Shown here: piece after piece, positions 38,298 to 49,649 of the stretch
Layout of the letters: each line of letters starts with the position of its first letter
How positions within the stretch are numbered: the first letter of the stretch is position 1
Origin: Albugo candida
Taxonomy: Eukaryota
Direction: 5' to 3'
Length of the DNA stretch: 64,000 bases
Assembly (NCBI GenBank): GCA_040437565.1
Contig: JBDOQK010000012.1
Span: forward strand, 248,001-312,000
The notes under the pieces: generated by a model
Told to the model about the DNA's origin: nothing
The model's input: only the letters and a program-made list of their open reading frames with translations
The model's database searches: none
Program-made: the position numbers and the translations under genes

Positions 38298-38997
38298 CTA
38301 AGTACCGAGGTCAATTGATTCAGAAAGTTTCTTGTCAAGTGCTTCACGATACGCCTCAAAATCAAAGTTTTCAGAGGCTTGATTTAATTGTACAACCCAA
38401 CTGTATAACTCTGGGGCTGAATAGAGATGAAGAATACTTGAAAGTAAGCTTTCGGATTCCTACAGCGAGCGATCAGAATATGGAAAGTGATACTTTCATA
38501 AACAGACTCACTTTTTTATTCACTGTACTCACAATATCGCCTCGGATCAATGTGATACTCTTTTCCGACGCAAAATCTTTGTAAATGGAAAATGTGAGAC
38601 ACGGAGACGCACTGGACGGAGCTTTTTGATACGCTTCCAATGATGTCAGCAAGAAGCAAGTGTCTTGGAACTGACAGAGTATATTGAAAAATCCATTGTC
38701 ACGATACACTGGAATCACGCTCAGTCGAGCTGATGAAGCACGCTCTGTAATAATTTGCATCTTTTTTTCTGCAATTACTTTTGCTACAGAATCGACTTTT
38801 TCTCGATGATATTCGGCCCAGATTTCTGTTATTTTATCTGCATTTTCGCTGGCCAGTAAGTCAATTTTGACGATCTCATTAAGAGCACGTGGTGCGGGGT
38901 ATGAAAATCCTGTGCTTCCGTATGAAGATTTCATGCTGTGTCGGTGTATTGTCCATCCTGGATAGAGTTTGGCATTGCGACGCAGTAGAAAGCGCAT
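38298..38997 (-). CDS. ATP11: Mitochondrial F1-ATPase assembly factor ATP11/ATPAF1, 2 exons
   Basis: LNEIVKIDLL..IWAEYH, FLLTSLEAYQ, TLIRGDIV, exon 2 ..VVQLNQASENFDFE; Arg-rich presequence. Confidence 0.87.
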
Positions 38998-39073
38998 GAA
39001 TGTCAATATTACCGGTTTTTACGGTTGCTTGATGGTGTAGTAGTCGGTTGGGCCGGATGATTACTATTACCCT

Positions 39074-39925
39074 GTACAGCGACCTCCGGTCCGATCACGA
39101 ACAACTAGATTTTGAGCACAAGGAATTTTAGAAACAGGCAGAGAAACTTCAGCAGCAGGCTGAAATGCTGTCATCACAAGAAGTTACTCGATCAAGCTTT
39201 TACGATACTGCAGAACCCGAGTCTCCATAGCGAACGATCTGGATTCATCATTTAAATAAAAAACCGTAATCAGAATCGGCTTCACGGAGGACCGTATTGA
39301 TTCAAGTATCTCACCAACAATCTTAGTCAGAGAAGTTCAATACATGGATATATCCGTTGAAAAGCCGATCAAGGACTGTAGTATTCAAAGCGACACTGTA
39401 CTTGCCACAACGAAGAAGAACAATCTGACATTAGGAGTTGCAGAAAAAGAAAGCGAACATGTGCATGCCATACATCAGAAGTTGGAGCATGTACTTGCAG
39501 TACAACGTCAGCTGCTTGAAAAAATTGCGGTATCGGAAAGGAATGCCATAGAAGCGAAACAGGGAGTTGCAGCTCGTGATGACCAAATCAAGGAATTGAG
39601 GGCGAGCTATCGACAAATTGCAGAGCGTTTGCGTAGGCAGGTGGAGAAGCATGTGCAATACCTCATTCGTTTACGATTTCAGATTTTAGATTTCCAAGGC
39701 GCACAAGGAGCTCATCTTCAGAGCCATGGACATATGAAAGGAACCATTATCAGAACGTTGCGTGGTGGAAGAGCTGCGGGACAAGTGGATGCAATGGAGC
39801 ACCCACAACAATGGGATGATGATGTTCGACCCATGCGCAGCAAAAGTCAATGCTCGTCGACTTCTGCAACTTTCAAAGAATCGCTTGCAGAAGTGATGCG
39901 AGTTCATGCGGATCAGGAACTGTAG
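39074..39925 (+). pseudogene. Kinesin heavy-chain C-terminal fragment (motor domain missing, in-frame stops)
   Basis: Diverged paralog of 42467-43375; IIRTLRGG tail (resembles the kinesin-1 IAKPIRGG motif); stops in the 5' part. Confidence 0.7.
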
Positions 39926-40899
39926 ATGAGAGTACTATTGCTTTTAGTGCGCACGATTCAAGTAGAAGAAGCGCATACTCATACAGCTATCGTCGAACGA
40001 CACAGCTGTTATTTGTTATTTATTGTTGTAGTGTTATGTTGTTGCTGTAGTGTTTTGTTGTTGTTGTTGTAGTGTTCTGTTCTTGGTGCAGTGGTACGTT
40101 ACTGTCCAAGTGTTTTTGTGAACATGTCGAAATAGTCATGAGATGATGTAATTGTTAAATTATGCGCTACTTCTTTTGTACTGTACATCACGTAATGCAT
40201 TTTACCATGATATACATTACACAAGTAAGGAGCTTCTGATCAACGTGAACGTATCGATCTGACGTGATCAACGCAAAATGCAAGTCATCCAACCATCTGA
40301 GAGCTTTTGCCGAGCTATCAAGTGTCACTCCGAGCATTTCAGGTGAAGTAGGGAAATATTGAATCCTTCCAACCATATTCGCCTGGATTTAGATTCCTTC
40401 ATCTGTTCATGCTATTGATGGTACGCTATATTAACGCAGGTAAACAGTGATCTTGTTGGAGTAAAGCGCATAAAGCATGAATACCATTGCACCCGAGATG
40501 TTATCTTGATCGCGACGTTTCATTCATTAGCCTAAACTGCTGCACCGTACAAAATGAAAAATATACAAGTAAGAACATGAGCATTTCCGCAAGCTCCAGC
40601 AACCCTAATCACGCTTCTCCACCATCTAGCTGGTGCTGTGGCTACTTATAAATGCATTAAACATGATAGATGCTGCAGCTTTCAATTGTCACGCTTTCAT
40701 TCGTCCAACACACGATAAATATCAATGTCGAGCGGCAATGTTTTACTTGTATGTTTTCATTGGCTGCCTTCCCGGAAATACATAAATAACTACGATCATT
40801 AAGAAAGCATGGTAAAGCTATCAACTTGAACCCCTATGGTGACTCCAAAAATAGGTTTTTGACTTTTCATATCATTATGGCGTAACAAAACACTTCATC

Positions 40900-43375
40900 A
40901 ATGATAATCGATAGCGTGAACAAGTTGGCAACGTTCGCGTTTGTTGCCGACTAAGACCTTTACCTGCGAGAGAAACTAACCAAGACGAACGTAAATGTAT
41001 TCGAACAAGCACGAATATTTTCCGCTACAAGGTGCGTCATTCATGCACGATCAATATGTATCGCATTCGTAATCCTTTTGTATAGAGAGAAACGATGTCT
41101 CACGAATTCCAGTATGACCACGTTTTTACCGAAAAAGATGACCAATTAACCGTATTTGATGTGGTAGCCCGACCGGCTGTTAAAGGTTTGATTATGTTTG
41201 TCGATATGGTTTTGCTCTAGTATATCCAATTTCTATCTGTAGATATCATGGACGGGTACAACTCCGCAATCCTCACGTACAGACAAACGGCGTCTGGCAA
41301 GACGTATGCATTGCAAGGTGACGACACGGATCGCCCTGAAGGTCAAGAAATAGTTCCAAGAACAGCTGTCGAGCTATTCAACTTCGTCTCCATACTGGTG
41401 ATGCAAAGTTGGTATGTACAGTCAAGCTGAGCTATATCGAAATCTATATGGAGCAAGTGTCCGATCTTTTGAACCCCAAAGAGCAGGAACGAAGCTCGAA
41501 TACGGGAGGACACGCGACGTGGTTTCTTTGTCGAGAATATGATCGAGACGTTCGTCACAAGCGCAGAAGACTTGATGCATCTTGTGACTGACGGAACCAA
41601 AAGGCGTGTTATGGCTGCAACGAAAATGAATGAGCGCTGCTCACGCAGTCACAGTGTCCTTACAGGGACAGTATCTCAAAAAAAAATTGATAACCAAGTG
41701 GTCAATTCAGGAAAGCTCTTCCTCGTGGATCTGCTGGATCCGTAATGGTGAGAAAGGCCGAAGCTGCTGGAAGACGGCTTGAAGAGGCGAAGAAGATCAA
41801 TGGATCGCAGGGGAAACGCTACCAAAAATTGGACCGACCCGAAGAGGAATCATGTACCGTATCGCGATTCCACACTCACTCGTACTCTCCAAGACTCTCT
41901 TGGTGGCAATTCACGGACAACACTCATTGTGAATATATCGTGCAGCGTGTCGGATTCAACTGAGACACTTTCGACCTTCGGTTTGGCACCCGGGCGAAAA
42001 AAATCAAACACGAAGCAGTCATGATTGAGCGCAAAAGTACCGATGACTTTCTGGATATTGTGACAATGCTTCAAAAGGATTTACAGCTGGAAAAGAATCG
42101 CGTTGATTTGCTAAAGAATCGACTGGAATGTTCAACCCCTCATGAAAATGTACCAGCAAGCAGCGATCAAGGACGCTCAGGAATGAGAAGCACACCTACA
42201 AGTGATGAAACGGCTATGTCATCTGAAGTAAGCACTATCGAGGCTATGCAACAGCTCCAGAAGAAGTTCAAGAAGCTGGAAGAAGATTACCTGAAGGTTC
42301 AACTGGAGTCGTATCGACGAGGACTTGAAATACAAGATCTGGAAGCTCAACTGGACAGCAAGGCTCAGTCGATGGAGTCTGTTGGGCTGAGTTGGAAGCA
42401 CGCCGATGAAGAAAATAAGAGCGTGGTGGCGAGATTGGGATGCTCCTTGAAAACAAAAGACAGCCAGTACAGCGACCTCCAGGACGATCACGAAAAACTG
42501 TATTTCAAGCACAAGGAATTGACAAATCACGCGGAGAAGCTACAGCAGCAGGTTGATATGTTGTCATCACAAGAAGTCAATCAATCAAGCCTGTACGATA
42601 ATGCAGACTTGCAGACCCCATGTGCTGGAGGTACAGAAAAAGAAAGCGAGTATTTGCACGCAATACAGCAGAAGTTGGTGCATCTGCTTGCAGTACAGCG
42701 GCAACTTCAGGGGGTCTGCCCCAGCTTAGTCGGTTAAGCACTTGAGCGCACGGACCCCCTGCCGGAGGTCGTTAGTTCGATCCCCGGCAGTGTGGGCAGC
42801 GGTTTGAGCCCACCAAGCAATAAGCTTGGAAAATATCTGCCTTCCTAAGTTTAAAGTCAGACTTAAGTGATATTCCCACGGTCAGGGGCTCATGATAGGA
42901 TAAGGAAGGTAGTTATAGAACCAGATAAACAGTGTAATGAAATCCTTGACAAAGTACAACGGCAACCTCTTGGAAAGGTTGCAGCATCGGAAATGACTGC
43001 CAAAGGAGCGAAGCGAAACGAAGAGTTGCAGTTTCTGATGACCGAATCAAGGAATTGAGAGCGAGCAATCGAAGAATTACAGAGCGTTTGCGTAAGGAAG
43101 CGGAGAAGCATGTGGAAGAATTCATCCGTCTACGAGGTCAGATTTTAGACTTTCAAGGCGCACAAGACGCTCGTTTCCAGAGCCTTGGACATATGGAAGC
43201 AACAGTTATTATAACGTTGCGTTGTGGAGAAGCCACGGGGACAGTGGATGCAATGGAGCACCCACGTCAATGGGATGATGGTGTTCGACCCATCCGTAGG
43301 AGAAGTCAATGCTCATCGACTTCTGCAACTTCGGAAGCATCGCTTGCAGAAGTGATGCGAATTTATTCGGATTAG
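40900..43375 (+). pseudogene. Kinesin (kinesin-1-like) pseudogene
   Basis: NVRVCCRLRP, FQYDHVF, GYNSAILTYRQTASGKT (P-loop G>R), SYIEIYME, MNERCSRSHSV, LFLVDLLDP* (broken DLAGSE), [23 protein letters not shown]; multiple frameshifts and a SINE insertion. Confidence 0.88.
42709..42952 (+). mobile_element. tRNA-derived SINE (~244 bp) with a 17-bp target-site duplication
   Basis: A box CAGCTTAGTCGG (42722-42733), B box GTTCGATCC (42775-42783); TSD AGTACAGCGGCAACTTC (42692-42708) / AGTACAACGGCAACCTC (42953-42969); absent from the paralog at ~39500. Confidence 0.8.
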
Positions 43376-44833
43376 AGACTCTAGATGAGAGTCTTTATGC
43401 TCTAAGCGAACACGATTCAAGTAGGAGAGGCGCACACGCATACAGTTATCATCGAACGACACAGCTGTTATTTTTAATTTATTGTTGTAGTTTATTTTGT
43501 TGTTGTAGTAATTTTGTTGTTGTTGTAGTGTTCTGTTATTGTTGTTGTAGCTTTCTGTTATTGTTGTGGTGGTATGTTATTGCTGTAGTGGTAGGTTATT
43601 GTTCAAGTGTTATTGTGAACGTGTCGAAATAGTGATGAGATGATGTAATTGTAAAAAGTGAGTCGTTAAAAAAAGATAATACTGTGCCGTGCTCGCTTTG
43701 CTTTATTATATTAAAATAAGGGATCCGCTAACGACCCATCACTTTTCGCTAACGACCCATCACCCCCATATTTTCAGCCAATCACAGACCTCCAGTGGCT
43801 TTCAGGGGAGTCGCGATACAGTATTTTTTTATACAGAATAATTCATCTTTTAAAACTGGTGTTGTTGTTCACGTTGCAAAGCAACGTGGATTGATGAAAT
43901 TTTAAGCCTATTCTAGATAGATATATACAGTAGTAGATTTCCGAAAGAGATATAATTCTATGGACTCAGATGTGATCCCAGGCATCTGTGGGCCAGCCTG
44001 GGTACTTCCACTCGTCAGCAGCGCCNNNNNNNNNNNNNNNNNNNNNNNNNNNNNNNNNNNNNNNNNNNNNNNNNNNNNNNNNNNNNNNNNNNNNNNNNNN
44101 NNNNNNNNNNNNNNNNNNNNNNNNNGACTTCTGCAACTTCGGAAGCATCGCTTGCAGAAGTGATGCGAATTTATTCGGATTAGAGACTCTAGATGAGAGT
44201 CTTTATGCTCTAAGCGAACACGATTCAAGTAGGAGAGGCGCACACGCATACAGTTATCATCGAACGACACAGCTGTTATTTTTAATTTATTGTTGTAGTT
44301 TATTTTGTTGTTGTAGTAATTTTGTTGTTGTTGTAGTGTTCTGTTATTGTTGTTGTAGCTTTCTGTTATTGTTGTGGTGGTATGTTATTGCTGTAGTGGT
44401 AGGTTATTGTTCAAGTGTTATTGTGAACGTGTCGAAATAGTGATGAGATGATGTAATTGTAAAAAGTGAGTCGTTAAAAAAAGATAATACTGTGCCGTGC
44501 TCGCTTTGCTTTATTATATTAAAATAAGGGATCCGCTAACGACCCATCACTTTTCGCTAACGACCCATCACCCCCATATTTTCAGCCAATCACAGACCTC
44601 CAGTGGCTTTCAGGGGAGTCGCGATACAGTATTTTTTTATACAGAATAATTCATCTTTTAAAACTGGTGTTGTTGTTCACGTTGCAAAGCAACGTGGATT
44701 GATGAAATTTTAAGCCTATTCTAGATAGATATATACAGTAGTAGATTTCCGAAAGAGATATAATTCTATGGACTCAGATGTGATCCCAGGCATCTGTGGG
44801 CCAGCCTGGGTACTTCCACTCGTCAGCAGCGCC
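43318..44833. other. Assembly overlap: 708 bp duplicated across N gap 44026-44125
   Basis: Exact repeat at the gap. Confidence 0.9.
43465..43620. repeat. Degenerate (TGT/TTG)n low-complexity repeat in the kinesin 3' region (also 40010-40120 and 44275-44425)
   Basis: Visible ttgttgttgtag arrays. Confidence 0.8.
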
Positions 44834-47191
44834 AAGCGCTGCAAGATTGCCAGCTGCTTGTAGTGCTGCTGCTGTAAGTGCTGCCGATGCAGGTGCTACT
44901 ATTAAATTCTGGCAACTCTTTTGATTGTGGCCAATCTGGCGACAGTTTCCGCATCTTCTTTGTCGCTGTAAAGATTCAACATGCTCAAACTGTGAGGGGT
45001 CCTTCTGCGTGGTTGATGTAGGGATCCTCCTGTTTAGCGAACCAGCAGGTCGGCCACGAGCTCGGATTACAACAGGGTTGAGTACTGTGGCATCAGGTAG
45101 TGTTGCAAGGTGGTCACGAATCATCCGGCGGTGGAATTGTGATGCTTCATTGAATTCATTACGAATTCTCTGCAGATCTGCGTCAATGGATTCATTGTTG
45201 TTTGCTTCCAGTAGTGTAANNNNNNNNNNNNNNNNNNNNNNNNNNNNNNNNNNNNNNNNNNNNNNNNNNNNNNNNNNNNNNNNNNNNNNNNNNNNNNNNN
45301 NNNNNNNNNNNNNNNNNNNAATTGTGATGCTTCATTGAATTCATTACGAATTCTCTGCAGATCTGCGTCAATGGATTCATTGTTGTTTGCTTCCAGTAGT
45401 GTAACCGCACAAGCTGGCTGTACCAACCACCAATGCTGGTGGAAATCCTCGCACGCCAGCGGAGATGAATTGCGGAGGAGATGCTTGCAGGGAATACCAT
45501 GGGTTGATTGAAAGCTACCTGAGCATATGCCTGCTACTTGTCGCTATTTGTATTGTTTGAAAGCCAGCTTCAATGCGGTCGCAGAAATCTTACCCATGAC
45601 AGCAGCAAAAGTTGCCCCAAATTGTACATCAGCGGTAGCCCGATCCAATGCTGTTTGCTGATGAATTGATGCCTGCTGACCCTCACAGGCAAGCTTGCAT
45701 ACTGTCTCCACTGTCAGAAGATCGCCATTGGATGCCCGAATCCAATTTTTCAATGTTACATGTGCACCCTCTACTCGTGAAGTTGTGGTATTCCCAAAAT
45801 GCAGCTTGCCACGCAAGAGGTAATCCACAAATCGTTCTTTGTAAATTAGCCATGTCTCTTCAAGATATGTCATGACATGATGGAGGAATTCGGTGCGCAT
45901 TGATGCCAGCTGGGCCTCGTAGTTCTCTGCAGTTTTTGACGAGACAAGTAGATTCCATGCTTGGTTAAGCTTCTGAAAAGCTTCCATTGATGCAAAGGTT
46001 TTTCGCTGCTTGCTCAGAATATTCTTGCTGATGGGCCAGCGACACAGCAAAAAATTTGCATCTGGGAAGACTCTCTCCAGTGCATTCATCAGCGCTAGCT
46101 CGCGATCAGTGACAAACGTAGTATATGTTGGCAGAGAGAACCTGTTGAGATCCTCACGGATGAGGCGCACGGCCCAAAGGTAGTTGTTCTCGCCTTCTGC
46201 TGACATGAAGCAGTATGCAAATGTGAAGCTTTCGCCAGTAGCGGTAACTCCAACAATATGTGCAAGCGGTAGACCGAAGCGATTAGTCTTGTACGTTGAG
46301 TCAATGAGCCAGATCTTGTTGGCGCTGTATTTGCTACAGATTTCTTTTGCAGACGCAGAAACAATAAGCAGGTGAGTAATCTTGCGCTCATCATCAAACT
46401 GGGTGAAGTATGGAGTGGAGGCATTCCCTTCCAAGCTGTCAAGTAGGGCAGCAAGTGATGAGCATCCACCCAAAACACGCCGTCGCTCGGCTTGCTTGAT
46501 GTTGTAAATGTCACGGGGTGTGACAAAGACATTTTGCCTTCTAATGCTTGCCACAATGCGGACAGGTGGGAGACCATCAAGGATAATACCAAGAACCACA
46601 GCGCGCTGTTCATTAGTGAGTTGTGGATGAACCTTAGGGTCCACAAAAGCTTCATGGTTGTGGCCATGCATGCCAAGCTCTACCAGCCATTCAAGTTCTG
46701 CACGCCGACGAATCAACAAGCTAAACTTGCAAGCGGTAGCGCGACTTCCTCGTATGCGTTGACGCTGTTGTTGTTGTTGTTGTAAAGAAGTGGTCCGTAG
46801 TCTTCCACTGCAAGAGCGTGCTAGGTCAAGTCCTTTTGACTTCTCCAGAGTGTTTGTTCCCAACGTATCTGGTGCGCAAGATGGTCATTATATACCCTTC
46901 ATCTTGGAAAAACTTGTTAACCGCATCACGGGCTTCCTTCAAAGTACCAAATACATGGTCAGGAAGAGATTCAAGGTCAAGGGGGTTCATCGTTGATACG
47001 ATAAGGCTGACAAAGACTGATATGAGTGGAGATCGGAAGGTGGAAAGAAGATGGCAAGAAGATGGCAACTATGAACTTGGCAAAGGTGAGTTATTCTGTA
47101 TTAAAAAATACTGTATCGCGACTCCCCTGTATGCCACTGGAGGTCTGTGATTGGCTGGAAATATGGGGGTGATGGGTCGTTAGCGGATCCC
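44528..47191 (-). mobile_element. Mutator-like (MULE) DNA transposon, full length, with TIRs
   Basis: ~105-bp TIRs GGGATCCGCTAACGACCCATCAC... / ...GTGATGGGTCGTTAGCGGATCCC; 8-bp TSD TAAAATAA (44520-44527, 47192-47199); left end also seen at 43720 in the assembly overlap. Confidence 0.92.
44774..46990 (-). pseudogene. MULE transposase (FAR1-type DNA-binding, DDE, SWIM-like, zinc knuckle), disrupted
   Basis: GSRATACKF..HGHNH; LIDSTYKTNRFGLPL; FVTDRELALMNA; LLCRWPI (H>P); TTSRVEGAH; CSGSFQSTHGIPCKH; CGNCRQIGHNQKSC; frameshift ~46850 and stop at 45544. Confidence 0.88.
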
Positions 47192-47222
47192 TAAAATAAT
47201 GCGCTACTTCTTTTGTACTGTA

Positions 47223-48538
47223 CAGTACCCTACCAAAAAGATTGTCGTTTTATCTTAAGCCATATTTTTTAGATCAAACCAAGCGCACTTTAACCACAGT
47301 TACACAACCATTTTCAGCTCAATGTCTCTCTAACTTTCAACACTTGTTCTAATGAATATGAAGAAGTGTTTTCCCAAGAATAATTGATATAGCTTACGGT
47401 TTAGACATTTTATAAATATTGGAGTATGGGTTATGCTACTAACGAGTTGATCCACCATTTGAAATAAGAAATGCCTTTGAGGGTGTCGACTAATCTTTGC
47501 AAACAATCTTTATCTATCTTGGACCAAAACAAACATCTTGAATTTGATGACACAATTCTTCTTCATTTTTTGCCATGGGAAGCTTCTGGATCTGATTATT
47601 GAGTCTCGCCCACACATCTTCTATTGGGTTCAGGTCTGCGGAATTTGATGGTCAATTCAGCTTTGCAATGCCTCTTTCATCCCTCCATTTCTTAGGTGCA
47701 TTGCTTCGATGGATTGGAGTACCGTCTACCATAACACTGTATCATTGTGCTCAGCCCAAAATCTACCCAATTCAATATCATAGACTTGTTCAACAAAGTC
47801 AACTGCTGTCCGCCTATTCCGACCCTCGCGGGCCAATCGACGCTTCTTTTTTCCTTGAAAGGTACCCATACCATCGCTGAATAGCGCCCTGATCTGAAAT
47901 AGGGCGCTCGACAGTCTAGATTGTACATTTCATAGGCTGTTCTCCAGACAAGCGGCTTGCGGAGATCCTTGCCAATTTTACAGCTGGCTTCATCTGTCCA
48001 GCAGACCAAATTCCAGAACTGCATAGTTGCATTTTGTGTTTCCGTGCAAGGTCCAATCGACAGGAAATATGCTTTGCACTGAAAAATGGCTTCTTGGGAG
48101 CTACGCGAGAAAATTGTCTAATTTCATGAAATCGCCTTATTGTTGTTGACGCGCTGAATTGGACAGTCATTTTGTTGGTGATGTCTTGAAGTGTTGCCCG
48201 ACTATCTTCCTTGATTTGCGGACCAAGTGCCCAACATCCCTTTCATCGAGTTTTTTTGGTCGTCCTGGGCTTTTCGTGGGAATAACACTGGATTCTTTGC
48301 GGTAGTGCTTAAAAATGCGCTATACTTGTCTTTGACTGATTCCGAAATGAGATGCAATCAAGGAAGTTTTTTGACCAGCCAACTTCATTCCGACCAGACG
48401 GCTTCCATCCTTAATAGATAAGGTTTTAGTTTCCAGAGTTTGAGTGGCCATAGTTCTATTATTGGGAAGTGAGGCAAGTGTACGGGAAGGCGGCGCGTCG
48501 TCAATTGAAATTTCAAATATAAAAAACGACAATCTTTT
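47223..48538 (-). mobile_element. Tc1/mariner element with a decayed Tc1-type (DDE) transposase (~47440-48451)
   Basis: Inserted after TA, starts CAGTACCC; inverted repeat AAAAGATTGTCGTTTT (47236-47251) / AAAACGACAATCTTTT (48523-48538); SPGRPKKL, VCWTDEAS, VMVDGTPIH, PSNSADLNPIEDVW motifs with frameshifts. Confidence 0.88.
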
Positions 48539-48823
48539 CAGCTTCTGATCAACGTGGACGTATCGATCTGAAGTGCTCAACACAAAACGCAAGTCATGGG
48601 GTCAGAAGGACTTGAGATCATTCATTCGTAAGCGATAATTAGTAGCGCCATTTTCTTTTCACCTTAAATGTGTGTGGATTAATTCTTGCAGTAGAGAGAT
48701 ACAAAGCATACAGGCGATCAAATAAGTTGTGATTAAACTCGGTATACAAGCTGAGACGATTCAAAAGTCATTCAAAGCCAAGTACATTAACTTTAATATA
48801 CCGCTCCACTCCTGAAGAGCACA

Positions 48824-49511
48824 TTATCGAGTTCCTTGGCGAGGTCGTGCGAAACCTTCTTCTTTAGACTCATCAACATAATCTTCTTGCTGGGTGCAAA
48901 TCCGTAAAACCTCTCGTTTACTCGATTCTTGCAGATAACCACCCACGAAAAGCTCATCCAAGATGTAATACGCCTATAAATTCAAAAATTTGCGACACAC
49001 TCCAAACAGAATGAATGGTGAATCCACTTACTTTGTGAAAATTGAAAATGATATCCAACTCGCAAACCTTTGAAACAAGTGTTAAAATCATTCCAGAAAG
49101 TCACAAGCTGACTCACATTTCCGAAATAGCGATCTAAAACTTCGACGTAAAGATGGATCGCCTCCAAAGTGATCAATTCATTCTCATCTTTTGAGATGCA
49201 AGCGATGAAAAACAAGCTAGCATATCTAAAACCAAGTCGAAAATACATTGGAGCAACAATCCAAGTAAATTATATGAACCTTTTGTAGACGATTTTTTTG
49301 TCTTTGAATTCGATAAAGTTGCATTGTTTCGGCGGACGAGATAAGACCAAGGTAGTAATTTCTCGAATCATTCTAGCTTTCTCCTTTATAGTGGCATTGA
49401 TATACCATTTGGCTAATCGAGTCTTTCCTTGTCGACTCACCAATAAGATCGATTCAATCTACATCTCCGCTTATTCGCCGGTAAGTCTATCAAATAAAAT
49501 GCGCTTACCAT
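48824..49511 (-). CDS. AP1S: Clathrin adaptor complex small (sigma) subunit, AP-1 sigma-like
   Basis: ATG-only first exon, then [74 protein letters not shown]. Confidence 0.88.
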
Positions 49512-49649
49512 GATCCAATTTTAATTATAATTATTTTTCGCTAGTACTACTACCTCATTATTGGTTGAAATAAGCTAATTTCCTACTTCTGATTGGATCT
49601 GACATACATTCACCTTAGCATACAATCCTATACACGAGAAATAAACGCG

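Noticed and set aside
42709-42800. Functional tRNA gene
   Set aside because: A and B boxes present, but no convincing cloverleaf or acceptor stem; the TSD and the empty paralog site indicate a SINE
43309-43632. Cys/Val-rich ORFs (also 39850-40050 and 43988-44440) as membrane or Cys-rich peptides
   Set aside because: They are translations of the TGT/TTG low-complexity repeat
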